Positions 1 through 11,979 of a stretch of 64,000 nt of DNA are shown here, in pieces. Where the stretch lies: assembly GCA_964016885.1 (NCBI GenBank), contig OZ024740.1:104718001-104782000 (forward strand). Direction: 5' to 3'. The stretch comes from Eledone cirrhosa (taxonomy: Eukaryota). Under the pieces are notes generated by a model. That model made no database searches, was not told the origin of the DNA, and saw only the letters and a program-made list of their open reading frames with translations. Numbering within the stretch: position 1 is the first letter of the stretch; each line of letters starts with the position of its first letter. The position numbers and the translations under genes are program-made.

Positions 1-2015
1 ACTTGTCTCAAAATAGGACAACTTATCTAACCCATGCTAGCATGGAAAATAGATATTGAATGGTGATTATGATGATAATAATAATGATGGTGTGAGGTGG
101 ACATATTTGAAAAGGTTGAAGACAAGCAAAGCCCTGATTAACTTTTTCAGACGTAAAATACAGTTTGTTGAAATGTTGGGGAGAGTATTGAGCATGGCCA
201 AAGTGAATGGGCCTGCTCTGAGTATGCGCCTGTAGAATGGGGGACAACTGGGAAGCGGCACTTGTCCTAGCTTTCAGGGGGACCATGGCTTTTGTGGGCT
301 TTCTCCATGAGTGACCATAGGAAGTCTCCCCACTATTGAGGAATTTATTTTTGTTTGAATTTTTTACATGTTACTTTGTTTTTCTTATAGCAAAAAATAA
401 AATACCAGTCAAGTACTGGGGTTGATATAATCAACTTTCTCCTTTCCTCTTCTCATCCAAATTGCTGGCCTTGTGGCAAAAATTAGAAACCATTGTTATT
501 ATTATCATCTGCTTTTAAAAAGCTTCATTCAAGATTTTAACATACTATCAGATGTACTTTAATGTAGAAGAGGTATGTGAAGCATTGTTCTTTAGTGCTG
601 TGTTATGGTATTTCTGTTACATTCAGTTTTTAGTGGCATGTTATGTGTGTGAAGTTTGTTTTATTGTTTCTATTGTTACTCTAGTATACTGTTTGCATGT
701 GCTTCCTAATGCCAATCACTTCACAGCATGTACATTTCATCATGGCACCAGCACTATCACCTGACAGGGTAGACTGGCTGCTTTTTTTTCTGAAAAATGG
801 TCATGGGCTCTGCCTTTCATCCTCTAACTAAACCTCCTCCACATCATCATCATCATCAGCATCATCCTCTGCCTTCTCCTCATCATCATTTTTCTTCTTC
901 TTCTTCTTCTTCTTCTTCTTCTTCTTCTTCTTTGCTCATTTATTCCTGGTAGGATCATAGGGGCAGAATCCTCAAGCACACCTTCCAGCAGGTCCTGTCA
1001 GAAACAATAGTCTCCAATTGATCCAGCTAGATCCCCAAGCAAGACCAGCCAAGCTCATGGATGTCATCGAACCATCTTGCTTGGGGTCTACCTCTGGGTC
1101 TTCTGCTGGTTGGTTTTGCCTGTAAAATCTATCCAGCAATTTTTTCCTGGGACATTTTAACCACATACCTGTAATATTTGAGCTGCAATTTATCAATTCA
1201 GAAAAGTAGCAGGTCTACCTGGAATGACTCTCTGGTCTCAAATACTAACTACATATCGAAAGGAAAATGTATGTATCATACTCGATTGTGAGTGATGACT
1301 GTAGTTAAGTAGTTCTTTTTCTAATAAATATCTAATTTGAAAATAGTAGGCTAGACATTGTGCTGAATTTTTATGGCAGCAACTTAGATCAACACATAAT
1401 GTAAAGGATTCTAATAAGGACAATCATATATGCAAGATTCACAGACACAATAATTACACATATCAAGAAAACAATATTGTATCCCTACTCTATACATGAA
1501 CAACTTGCAACTAAAATCTTCAAGGTCACTACAAATGCTAGCCTTTAGCAGCATTGAGGATATTTCCTGGCAAATACACATCTTCAACATAGCATCACAA
1601 AAACTGCATGACAAAGCCTTTCTCAAAATAATATTTCAAACTCCAACAATTACTAACCCTCTACATAACTCAGGTAAGATCCACAATGAAGTGTTCTCCC
1701 ATATCTGGGATCCAATTGCTGTTCCATATACAGGCATCCTCAACTACATTAATAAAGAAGCCACTTGATTGACTTGCATGAAAACACTCACCAATACACT
1801 CCCACCTCTATCCTATATAAGGGCTGCCTCTTCTCTCTGCCCTTTCTCTGGTGGCATCAGCTCTTCTGAGCTGCCTCCTTTCAAGCAACTCCCTCCCCTT
1901 CAGCATTCCCAATTCACTTGTCACTCCTTTCATCACCTATTATTAGGCCCTGTACTAACCACCGTGTCCAATCCTTCCTCCTCAGTACGTCAGCCCTCTA
2001 AAATTCTTTCCTTAC

Positions 2016-2115
2016 TTGTGTTTTCCTGCAGCTGTTAACTTCTTACTATTCAAGACAGTATTAACTGCATTAATTTCACTGGAAAGCCCGCTAAGACAAT
2101 GACAATGGTTACAAC
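2016..2115 (-). CDS. Candidate internal exon of an unidentified minus-strand host gene
   Basis: Polypyrimidine acceptor (tttttatttttcataaattttag), 100 nt open in phase 1 (CNHCHCLSGLSSEINAVNTVLNSKKLTAAGKH), donor AA|gtaagg. No homology recognised. Confidence 0.3.
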
Positions 2116-2621
2116 CTAAAATTTATGAAAAATAAAAACTATGCAACTAGGAATCTTTGTTTGTTTTAGCCATAACAGCTAAGGCCAGGCCATGCTGTAG
2201 CCTCACCACCATATATAAATGGAAAAGTAAACAATAAACGACAGTAATTAGTCTCCCCTTTGATTCACTAACATGAAAATGAAACCTTTAATGTAGACCC
2301 AGATAAGAACGTTGCTTACAAGGCTGTAAGTTTTATATAATCATTTGTCTTTTGTTATTTTTTTTTTTACATGAACACCCTGTCAGCAGTCAAGAAAACA
2401 AGATTGGGAGACAATTAAGAGGGTGTGTGAGAAGAGACCTGAAATAGTAAGATCTGCTGATCTGTGAAGGGTTGGGTGTCTGTAGAGTAGGTGGTGTCTC
2501 ACTTTGCAATTTTGCAGAAGGACACTTGAGTTTATTAACATTTCACTGTTAACATTTAGAAAACATTTCAGATTGTCTTGAGAATCATATCCTCTATCAG
2601 CTGTTGATATTTTTATAAATA

Positions 2622-2656
2622 CATACACACACACACACACACTCTCTCTCTCTCTC

Positions 2657-2712
<56 letters not shown>
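2622..2712. repeat. (CA)n/(CT)n compound microsatellite
   Basis: Directly visible. Confidence 0.95.
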
Positions 2713-2716
<4 letters not shown>

Positions 2717-3651
2717 TCTATTTATCTATCCATCTGTCTTTAACTTTCTCTCCCTCATCACTCCCTCTCCCTTTCCCCTCCTCTCTTTCACTTTCTATTT
2801 TATTTTTCTCTGTTAAATGTCTCCTGCCTGTTTTACTTGTCATAATATAGCTAACTTGCAACTGGTGTTGTTATTGGTGAAATGGTAGGGAGAGTAGGGA
2901 GAGCAATGGTGAGGATGCTGGAAGTATTATTGTTTAGCCCCAGGTCAGCTCCAACCAAGGACACCTATAATCAAAAGACAGTCTTACAACTAGTGTTGTT
3001 ATTGGTAAAATGGTAGGGAGAGTAGAGAGAGCAATGGTGAGGATACTTGCAGTATTATTGTTTAGCCCCAAAGGCATTCCAGTTATGACAATCTACTCTT
3101 TATATATTTGTTTTCTGATACATTGTATTCATCATCTGATACAACAATACACAAGCATTTAAAGAATATTTTCCTCATTAAAGCATGAGTTAGCCTTGTG
3201 GGCCCCATAACATAGGATCTTTTTAGGAGCAAGGTTTTACAGCTGGATGCTTTTCTTGGCACAAACCATTTTAGTTGCGTCTTACAACATGCAGGGATAG
3301 TATTTACCCATTCTATCCTGGATATACACACAGTCCTTGATCACATGGTGGTGATGTTGGTGATGATGATGGTATAAGTGTTGGGAATGTTGGCAATATT
3401 GGTGGTGGTGTAAATGATGGTGTTGTTAATGATAGTGCAGATGGTGGTAGTGGAGGTAGTGGTAGACAGCAATGCAATAAACTAAAAACTAGGTTGCAGC
3501 CTTAAATTGATGACCGTCTGACATTCCCTTCCTAGACCATAAGCTACCACACATTTCTGCAATTCATTAAATTGATGATGATGATGATGATGGTGATCAC
3601 ATATATATATATATGATAAAGAACACAAGAGCGTCTACAACATCAAAATAT

Positions 3652-3711
3652 TTTTATTGGCTTACAATGTTTCTTCCTTACGTAACCGTAGGATTCGTCA
3701 GAGCTATAAAA
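3652..3711 (-). ncRNA. Type-I minimal hammerhead ribozyme motif
   Basis: Minus strand reads ttttatagct-CTGACGA-atcctacg gtta cgtaaggaa-GAAA-cattg-TA-agccaataaaa; stems I, II and III can be paired by eye; beside a (TA)n tract. Confidence 0.75.
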
Positions 3712-4231
3712 GGGGTTTGATTGGTGTTATGGACTCTACCAACCAAACATTCAAGAACAAAGAGTAAAGAGAGTAAAGAGCAAAAGTAGGGGACGATAAG
3801 TCTAATTCTGGTGCGGGAGGGTGGGGTGTGGGTCCTTGTTTACTAGCTGCGGTCATATTCATTCCCGGGAGTCGAGTGGTTAGCTGAACCATAGATGGGG
3901 TGGCGTCGATAGTATGGTGCAGAGGGTGTGCAGAGGCTACACAAACACAAAGGGCATACAATATATATATATATAACGGAGGAGAAAGTACATGAGGTAA
4001 TTAGAAATGGAAAAAGTGTAATAATAATAATCTATAATTAATAATGTATAATAAGGCATGGGGAAGATTACACTATAATAAGGTATAAAAGTAAGAATAA
4101 GGTAAAATATAAAGGAGGATAAAAGTGGAAATAATAAAGATAAAAAATATATATGTAAAAAAATATATAGAGAATATATAAAGAAATATATAGTGGTAGA
4201 ACACTGGAAGGAATATCCGTAGTGGTAGAGC

Positions 4232-4272
4232 ACTAGCTGAGGATCCGCTAAGGTGAAACAATTGTTCTCGGT
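4232..4272 (+). ncRNA. Hammerhead-like motif, possibly decayed
   Basis: ctag-CTGAGGA-tccgctaaggt-GAAA-caattg (palindromic stem III)-TT-ctcg; stem I is imperfect. Confidence 0.5.
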
Positions 4273-4337
4273 AGGTGAACTAACTGTTGTGTAACCACTT
4301 CTATATATATATATATACATGTGTGTGTGTGGAGAAT

Positions 4338-4370
<33 letters not shown>

Positions 4371-4759
4371 AAAGAAAAATTATACACAGCAAATATAAAA
4401 CACGTGGTATTAACAAACAAATCATCTATCTTCCTTATCAGTCACCCCCTGATCAATGCAATTTCGTGCATAAAGGTGGTATTGCATAATATTAAACCCA
4501 CGTTGCACGAGGGATTGAATTAGCAGCCAGGAATTGCACGAGGGATTGAATTAGCAGCATCAGTTCCCGTCCTATCCTTGCAAGCAGGGAAAAAGCGGAC
4601 GTAAAATGAAATGATGAAAAATGATGATGAATGAAGATGTAGATGAGGCAACACAACAACATAGAGGCAGAAGAAAAGAATGGATTGTCTTACAACTAGA
4701 ACAGCAAAGGGGATACATTATCAAATAAATAATTAATGATAATTCTTATATATATGTGC

Positions 4760-5540
4760 ATATGAACAGCAATGTTGCATGGTAATGAGACCTATGTGCC
4801 GTGGAAAGAAATGAAGCTTGCATGCTCCGATGGATGTGTAATAGTAATATACATGAATGGCAAAGCATAAACGAACTGAGAGAGAGACTAGGTATAAGAG
4901 GAATCAAATGCTGTGTGCATGAGAGGAGATTATGTTGCTATGGACATGTGATGCATATGAAGGATGAGAGCTATATAAAAAGGTAGAGAGTGCTCAAAGT
5001 CGATGGAAGCCTTGGAGTGGGGAGACCTAGGAAAACCTGGGATAAAGTGAAAATAGCCAACCTTGACCAATTGCACCTCTCAAAGGACCGAGATCTCTGG
5101 CGTTATGCAGTAATACAGAAGACCTAAGTTCCCATAGACACAGGCTGAAGCTGAAGCATATATACAGTATGCACCACCCCACCACACCCTCCCATACATC
5201 TCTTATGAGGACAGGTTGAAACACTGTAAAGTGGTTGTGTAGGACTCACAACAAAAAGCACCCAGCCCACACTAATGTGGTTGTGTAGGTGTCATGACAA
5301 AAAGCACCCAGTATTTACTGTAAAGTGATCACATAGATATCACAACAAAAAGCAAGCAGTACTCACTGTAAATGAGGTTGGTGTGAGGAAGGGCATCCAG
5401 CTGTAGAAATCAAACCCAAATCAGTTCTGTATGAGGAAGACATGGTCACCTGACCTAACATTGCTCACAACAGGACAACTCATCTAACCCATGCTAGCAT
5501 GGAAAAATGGACATAAAGTGATGATGATGATGATGATGAT
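4760..5540 (+). mobile_element. RTE-clade LINE 3' fragment with 3' UTR and (GAT)n tail
   Basis: ERNEACMLRWMC..RRLCCYGHVMHM..GRPRKTW motifs; ends ctaacccatgctagcatggaaaaatggac(gat)n. Confidence 0.85.
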
Positions 5541-5552
5541 ATACATATATAT

Positions 5553-5881
5553 GGAGGCACATGGCTTAGTGGTTAGAGCATTGGCCTTGCAATTGAAAGG
5601 TTGTGAGTTCAATTCTCACACCGGGTGATGTGTTGTTTCCCTGAGCAAGACACTTTATTTCACATTGCTCCAGTTTACTCAGCTGTAGAAATGAGATGAT
5701 AGGGTCCCTATCAATCCACTGTAAAGTGGATGTGTAGGCGCCTAGGAAAAAGGAACCCAGCACTTACTGTAAATGAGGTTGGTTTTAGGAAGGGCATCCA
5801 GCTGTAGAAATCATGCCAGAATCAGTTCCCGTCCCACCCTTGCAAGCAGGGAAAATCGGACGTAAACTGAAATGATTATGA
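5553..5881 (+). mobile_element. Full-length tRNA-derived SINE with RTE-derived tail
   Basis: A box (tggcttagtgg), B box (gagttcaattc), CORE/V-like central domain (gagcaagacacttt..cagtttactcagctgtagaaatg) and tail cccacccttgcaagcagggaaaa; very similar to the copy at 52403-52750. Confidence 0.85.
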
Positions 5882-7152
5882 TATATATATATAGTAATAA
5901 TAATAAATTTGAAGACTAAAATCTAAAGAGGGCTCGTTAAGGATAAATATATCAAATATATAAGGACCGTAGAGCAAATATTTATTAAAATAACAGATTA
6001 AAGTTTAAGCAAAGAATCGCTGCTTTCACCCTTAACGGGATCTTCTGAAACTAAAAAAAGTCAATCTGTGAACGCAGAAGTAAATATTTCAAAAAACGTT
6101 GCAACCGGAGGAAGATAGGAAGAGGATACTTTAGTTCATGGAAATATTCCCTGGCAAAGAACGGGAAAAAAACGAAGATAAAATGTCATTATTTGGAGCG
6201 TTACCAGTAATGCACTGGGTAATTGCTGGCCTTGTGCCAAAAAGTAGAAACAATTATTTGGAGCGGTTAAAACAATTACAAGCAAAGACAAAACCACGTT
6301 TATGGTATAAATGAAGTCGTAGACTAATATTTTATTAGTTGGGTCATGGAGACGTTCTCTGGCAATGAACGGAAAAAACGAAGATAATACGTCATTATGT
6401 GGGACGGTGAGAACAATTGCACGCAAAGACAAAACCACGTAAATGGTATAACTGAAGTCGTAGACTAAAATTCTAACTAGGAAACCGAAAGATTCTCGGC
6501 TTCAGAGTAAATAAAGTAAATAAAATACAGAGGTAATTGAAATTAAATAAATACATACACGCATCCATATACGTACATACACAAGCATACGCGAAAACAC
6601 TTACCATATGTATACAAATACAAGCACGTACACAAAAAACCCGCACGCACATACAGAACCCACGAAATGCCTGTACCCGCGCACATACGAACGTATACAC
6701 CAAATACACATAAACAAATATATTAAAAAAAAAAAATATATATATATATGTGTGTGTGTGTGCGTGTATACATATAATTAAATAAACGTATATAAATAAA
6801 TAAATACATATATAACGCGCGCACACACATACCTACATGTAAATACACATATGTTAGCAGACGTCCGTCGACCAAACACAAAGTACACATATACACACAC
6901 CTTACATACGTACGAACCCGCATACTCACACAGACGCAAAACTCACGTATACACATAACCAAATGCACATGTATCAGAATATATAATATATACGCCATAA
7001 CATATACAAGCAAATATACGTACGAGAAAGTATACGTATCTTCACAAAACATACAGGTAATATATACTTACCTATACAAATAAGTAATAGTATAAACATA
7101 ACATATACTTAGCTACCACATCAAGACGTAAAATATCGGCGTATAGTTCGTA

Positions 7153-8205
7153 CTATCCGTTAGGGTATAATGTGGGGCTGTAATACAGGAAAGTTTTGTG
7201 CAATTTATGTTTACAAGCCGAAATTGCCTCAGATTTTGTGTTTAAGATGTCGTCTTTGGCGTAGAGTATTTCCAGGGCCTCAGCGGCGCAGAGGTCACAT
7301 GGTCTTTTATTTCCGTTATACGATCTAGCTCTAGCTAGGATCTCCCAGTGTAACTTATATTGGGTGTTTTTACTATATTAATGGGCTGGGGGAAATGCTT
7401 CATAATAAGGGCATTGAGGATGACATCAACTTCGAAATCCTTAACCACTGTGAGTGTTTTAGCGAAATTGATAGCTCTAAGGAGAAGTGGTAAAGTAATG
7501 GAGAAGTAGTAATTATTGATGTTGAATTGGATAAAACGGCAATATTCCTTGTTGCATATGCCGTTGAACCAATCAATCACCGCGAAAGAATTGTTCCACA
7601 GTGCGAAAGGGGCCAAACTTCTAATTTCAGGTATAATTCTATCTAAAATCCTTTTACTAAGTCTACCTAAATCGGACTTCGTAGGGTTAATAAGCCGAAT
7701 AGAGGGGTTGTTCGGGAAATTGGATTTGTGATCCTTCAGGGTAAAGTGAGGAGAAATAGGGTCCAGAGGTTCAGTCCGGTCCAGGATGTTGAGATCAGAG
7801 GTGATTTTAAACCCAGCATTGTTGATTTCACTAATGACGCACCGATTAGTTTTACGGTAATCCTTAGTTACAGCATTATGTAGCAGTTGATGGTAAGTAC
7901 ACTTGATATAGATTGCCAGTTTTGTCGGAGTGGACGTGCATGGCATTAGAATCCTTAATAGAATGAATTCTATTCTTCAGGTCCTGCTGGAAGGAATTGC
8001 TCCTATTCCGAAATTTGATACTCCGTATGAGTTCCAAGACATCATTTTCGAAGGGTAGCAATGCTGGGTTACTCAGAGGGTTATAATAGGTTTTAAACCC
8101 AAATGTATCCTGTTTTTGTCTGCTTTACTCTGATTATCGAAATAAACGGCACGCCAACGCAACCTTTTAATGAACGCGTCTGTTTTCTGGCACTCAAGAG
8201 TGACT
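7153..8205 (-). mobile_element. Penelope-like retroelement (probably Naiad-type), frameshifted and internally deleted
   Basis: N-terminal FIKRLRWRA and FENDVLELIRSIKFR..DKTGNLY; RT motifs KDHKSNFPNNPSIRLINPTKSDLG and FIQFNINNYYFSI; then a jump to a GIY-YIG-type C-terminus (WEILARARSY..CDLCAAEALEI..LNTKSE..CKH, stop at 7153). Confidence 0.85.
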
Positions 8206-8208
8206 CGG

Positions 8209-8303
8209 CATACATACATACATGCATGCATGCATGCATACATACATACATACATACATACATACATACATACATACATACATACATACATACATACATA
8301 CAT
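8209..8303. repeat. (ATAC)n microsatellite at the 5' truncation of the PLE
   Basis: Directly visible. Confidence 0.95.
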
Positions 8304-9039
8304 AAGTACAATCCATTAATGGAACAGTAAAAAATGTAAAACATTCCAAAAATGTTGCATCTAATAACTGCATATACACATGTACAGATACAAAGCATAT
8401 ACACATGTAACCCAAAACATCCACATCCACACATACAATAACATCCATATCTACACATGCATGCATACATATATATCTACCTAGTTGATGTGTAAATTCC
8501 AATGAGAGAGTCTTGTGTCTATGTTAGAAACCGACTCTCTCTCTATTGGTAAAACCTTGTAAAATTATAAAACCAGAAGAACATACATACATATGTTTTT
8601 CGTCTTAACAGCACATCTCAACTAACCTCCTCTTTAGGTCACTTGATTCTGCTATTGTATAAAACACCTATCATTACCTTTATGATGTGCCAGTTTGATT
8701 GTACCAGTCTCTCAGATACACCTCTTGCTTGTATTAGGACTGAACACCTTCTGATGAAATGTTATGTCAGTCATGGTTATATAATATTTGGAAATATTGC
8801 ATGACTTCTGTGAGTAACATTTGCTGATGCAACTGTTGTACATAGGACGTAACATGGAAACTGTTACAGTTCGAGTCTATACATTGTACCCATACTAAGC
8901 CATTTATCTATTAATTAACGAATAGTGTCCACTTTAAGTTATAGGTTCATATATACAGTATATAATTTTCGTAAAATAATAGTCAGTAGATAGTGGCCAT
9001 AGCTAAACGGATTATACATGGCTAGATTCATTAAACTTG

Positions 9040-9096
<57 letters not shown>

Positions 9097-9148
9097 TATA
9101 TATACACACACACATATATATATATGCAAGTGGATGTTAAAATCATGA

Positions 9149-9245
<97 letters not shown>

Positions 9246-9260
9246 AATATTTGTAATATT

Positions 9261-9295
<35 letters not shown>

Positions 9296-9721
9296 GAGAG
9301 CGAAACAGACAGACAGATAGAGAGATGCACATATACACACACACATGGTAGTATGCACACACTCACATGTACACAAAGACACACACACACACACGCGCGC
9401 ACAGATATGCGCACACCACACACATGATGATTCCCCTACAAATTCACTGCCTCACACCCACAGAAACACTGCATCACATATTAAACAAATGTAAAACAGT
9501 AATACATTTAACAATTGCTTCCTAGCAACAGACTGATAATAAAATACCTGCTGTCAGTTGGGATTAAACAACTCTGTTCTTGTGTCACTCTACTGCTTCT
9601 TTATCAAATTGAGTTGTGCTAAGAAGGACTTTGCTTGCTGCAAGATCACAGCTTAGGTTTCTTAACTGGTTAAGCATCTAAATAACGAGAAATATTTTTG
9701 AGTTTTGTCTATGCAAATAGA

Positions 9722-10998
9722 TTGGCTTGTAACAAAAGTCCATAGCGTTTTTAAGTGAAATTCATTACCAATAGTTGTACATATCTTTATTCAACCACAT
9801 ATTTTCGATTTTGTTCCACTTCTCTTTGCCATCTTTGAGGCAACTTCATGATCTCACCCACCCAGAACTTGGTATCTTTCTTGATCATGAACTGGTCTAG
9901 GTGGGTTTGTAATCTTCTAAGGAATTGAAGTTATTCCCATTATGAAAATGTTGAAGAGATCAGAATAGATGATAATCAGAATGTGCAAGATCAGGTGAAT
10001 AAGGTGGGTGCCGTAAGACATCCCAGCTAAACTGTACCAATTTCTGTCAGTTCTGCAGAAACATGTAGTCTAGCGTTGCCCTAATGTATGACAACACACT
10101 TTCAGTTTGCTAATTCGTGTCGTTTTTCATTGATTACCTCCTTTAATCAGTCTAATTGAGAACAATGATAGTTTGGATTTAACGTCTGATGACATGGAAG
10201 GAGCTCATAATATATAATACCCTTCCAATCCCACCAGATACAAGGCATCGCTTTCTTCAGATATTGACTGGCTTTTGGAATGGTTGAAGGTGGTTTATTT
10301 TGTTTTCTCCTCATTCTTTTATGCTCCGCATTTTTGTAAACAATCCGTTTTTCATCACCCATCATCATTCTTTTCAAAAATGGATTATTTTTGTTTCATT
10401 TGCGCAGAGAAGCACAGATGGAAATGCATTCTATTAATTTTTTTCTTTTAAATTATGAAGCACCCAAACATCATGTATCCAAATGTTTTTGAATATCTTG
10501 TAATGCTCATATAATATATGTGAAGTATCTCTGCAAGGTCTCACGTTGTGTTGCATGGATAATTTTTATTATTTTTTTAATTATTATTAAAGTCTCAATT
10601 CGGTCATTATCAATGACTATATGCTTGCCTGAATGTGCATGGTCTTTGAGGTTAAAAGTTTCGGCTCTAAACCTAGGGAACCACTTGCAAACAGTACAAT
10701 CAGCTCTGGCATCATCTCCATAAACAGCACATATCTTTTTCGCCGTTTGTGTAGCATTTTTCCTTTCTGGAAATAGAACTGAATCAAATGACGAAAATGC
10801 ATCTCATTTCTCTCCATTTTCAATTTTATTGTAAAAAAAACAGTAAAAATAAATAGTCCACACAATATTCAGATAGAAAAATGCGTTGAGATCTCTTCTT
10901 TCAAAAAATATGTCAAATGCTTCTGTCACATAATCAACCAAATCAGGTGATTAAACACAACCAATAGAAAAATGCTATGAACTTTTGTTACAACCCAA
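9722..10998 (-). mobile_element. Full-length decayed mariner transposon
   Basis: TIRs ttggcttgtaacaaaagtccatagcgttttt / aaaaatgctatgaacttttgttacaacccaa, TA at the right end; transposase pieces HFRHLIQFYFQKG, WVLHNL, GDEKRIVYKN, IWWDWKGIIYYELL, YSPDLAHSDYYLF. Confidence 0.9.
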
Positions 10999-11396
10999 TA
11001 CATCATTAACATTATCATCATCATCAACACTTGTTAGAAACAACAGAAGACCTCAATGTATATGTATGTGGGGTGGGTGTATGGTGGCGTGTAAGGTATA
11101 AATTGTAGTGTAGTGTAGTGTAGTGTAGTGTAGTGTAGATTGAAGATCATAACTGTGTTCTAGTAGTAGCATGAACTAAGTGATATCTAATGCATTTCCT
11201 TATGATTATTTACAATTTATTATTCAAAACAAACGATCAAAATCTCAGGGGAATATGGGGAAAAAATCAATACAAAAGATAAAATAAAGAGTTGTTTCAC
11301 AAATCAAACATACATAAATAAAATACACACACACGCATACATACACACATATGCACACACACACAGGCACACATATATACATATATATAATATATC

Positions 11397-11721
11397 AGAT
11401 CAAAAGATGGTTAAAAGAGTTCCATGTATTTTATTAGGCGCATTTCAAAAACAAATATCATCATGCGATGACATTTGCGTTTTCGCCAGATAAAATAGGG
11501 AGACATGATATGAAGGTTAAAAAACACTTGTGAATAGTGCAGTTTTAAATCAACATATCATATGTTGATTTAAAACTGCACTATTCACAAGTGTTTTTTA
11601 ACCTTCATATCATGTCTCCCTATTTTATCTGACGAAAACGCAAATGTCATCGCATGATGATATTTGTTTTTGAAATGCGCATAATAAAATACATGGAACT
11701 CTTTTAACCATCTTTTGATCT
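11397..11721. repeat. Near-perfect palindrome (162-bp arms, 1-nt loop) carrying hammerhead motifs
   Basis: Arms 11397-11558 and 11560-11721; only two mismatches seen. Confidence 0.95.
11621..11691 (+). ncRNA. Type-I minimal hammerhead ribozyme
   Basis: tattttat-CTGACGA-aaacgcaaatgtcatc gcat gatgatatttgttttt-GAAA-tgcgca-TA-ataaaata; 8-bp stem I, long stem II, palindromic stem III. Confidence 0.85.
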
Positions 11722-11816
11722 TATATATTATTTATACTCCAGTCCTACAAACTGTAGAGTGCTACTTATCCGATATCTGCATTGCTTTATTGTACTACAA
11801 TAAAAAATCACCTCCT

Positions 11817-11872
<56 letters not shown>

Positions 11873-11979
11873 ATATATATATATATCATCATCATCATCA
11901 TCATTTTATGTGCGCTCTTCCCTGCTTGCAGGGAAGAGAAGACGTAATATATATATACACGCACATATATATATATATC

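Noticed and set aside
5553-5630. tRNA gene
   Set aside because: A and B boxes are present but there is no proper cloverleaf, and the sequence continues into a SINE body and RTE tail; the same applies at 38860, 52680 and 53791.
9031-9423. ORFs rich in YI, ER, CV or HT dipeptides here and elsewhere
   Set aside because: Translations of (TA)n, (GA)n and (CA)n microsatellites.
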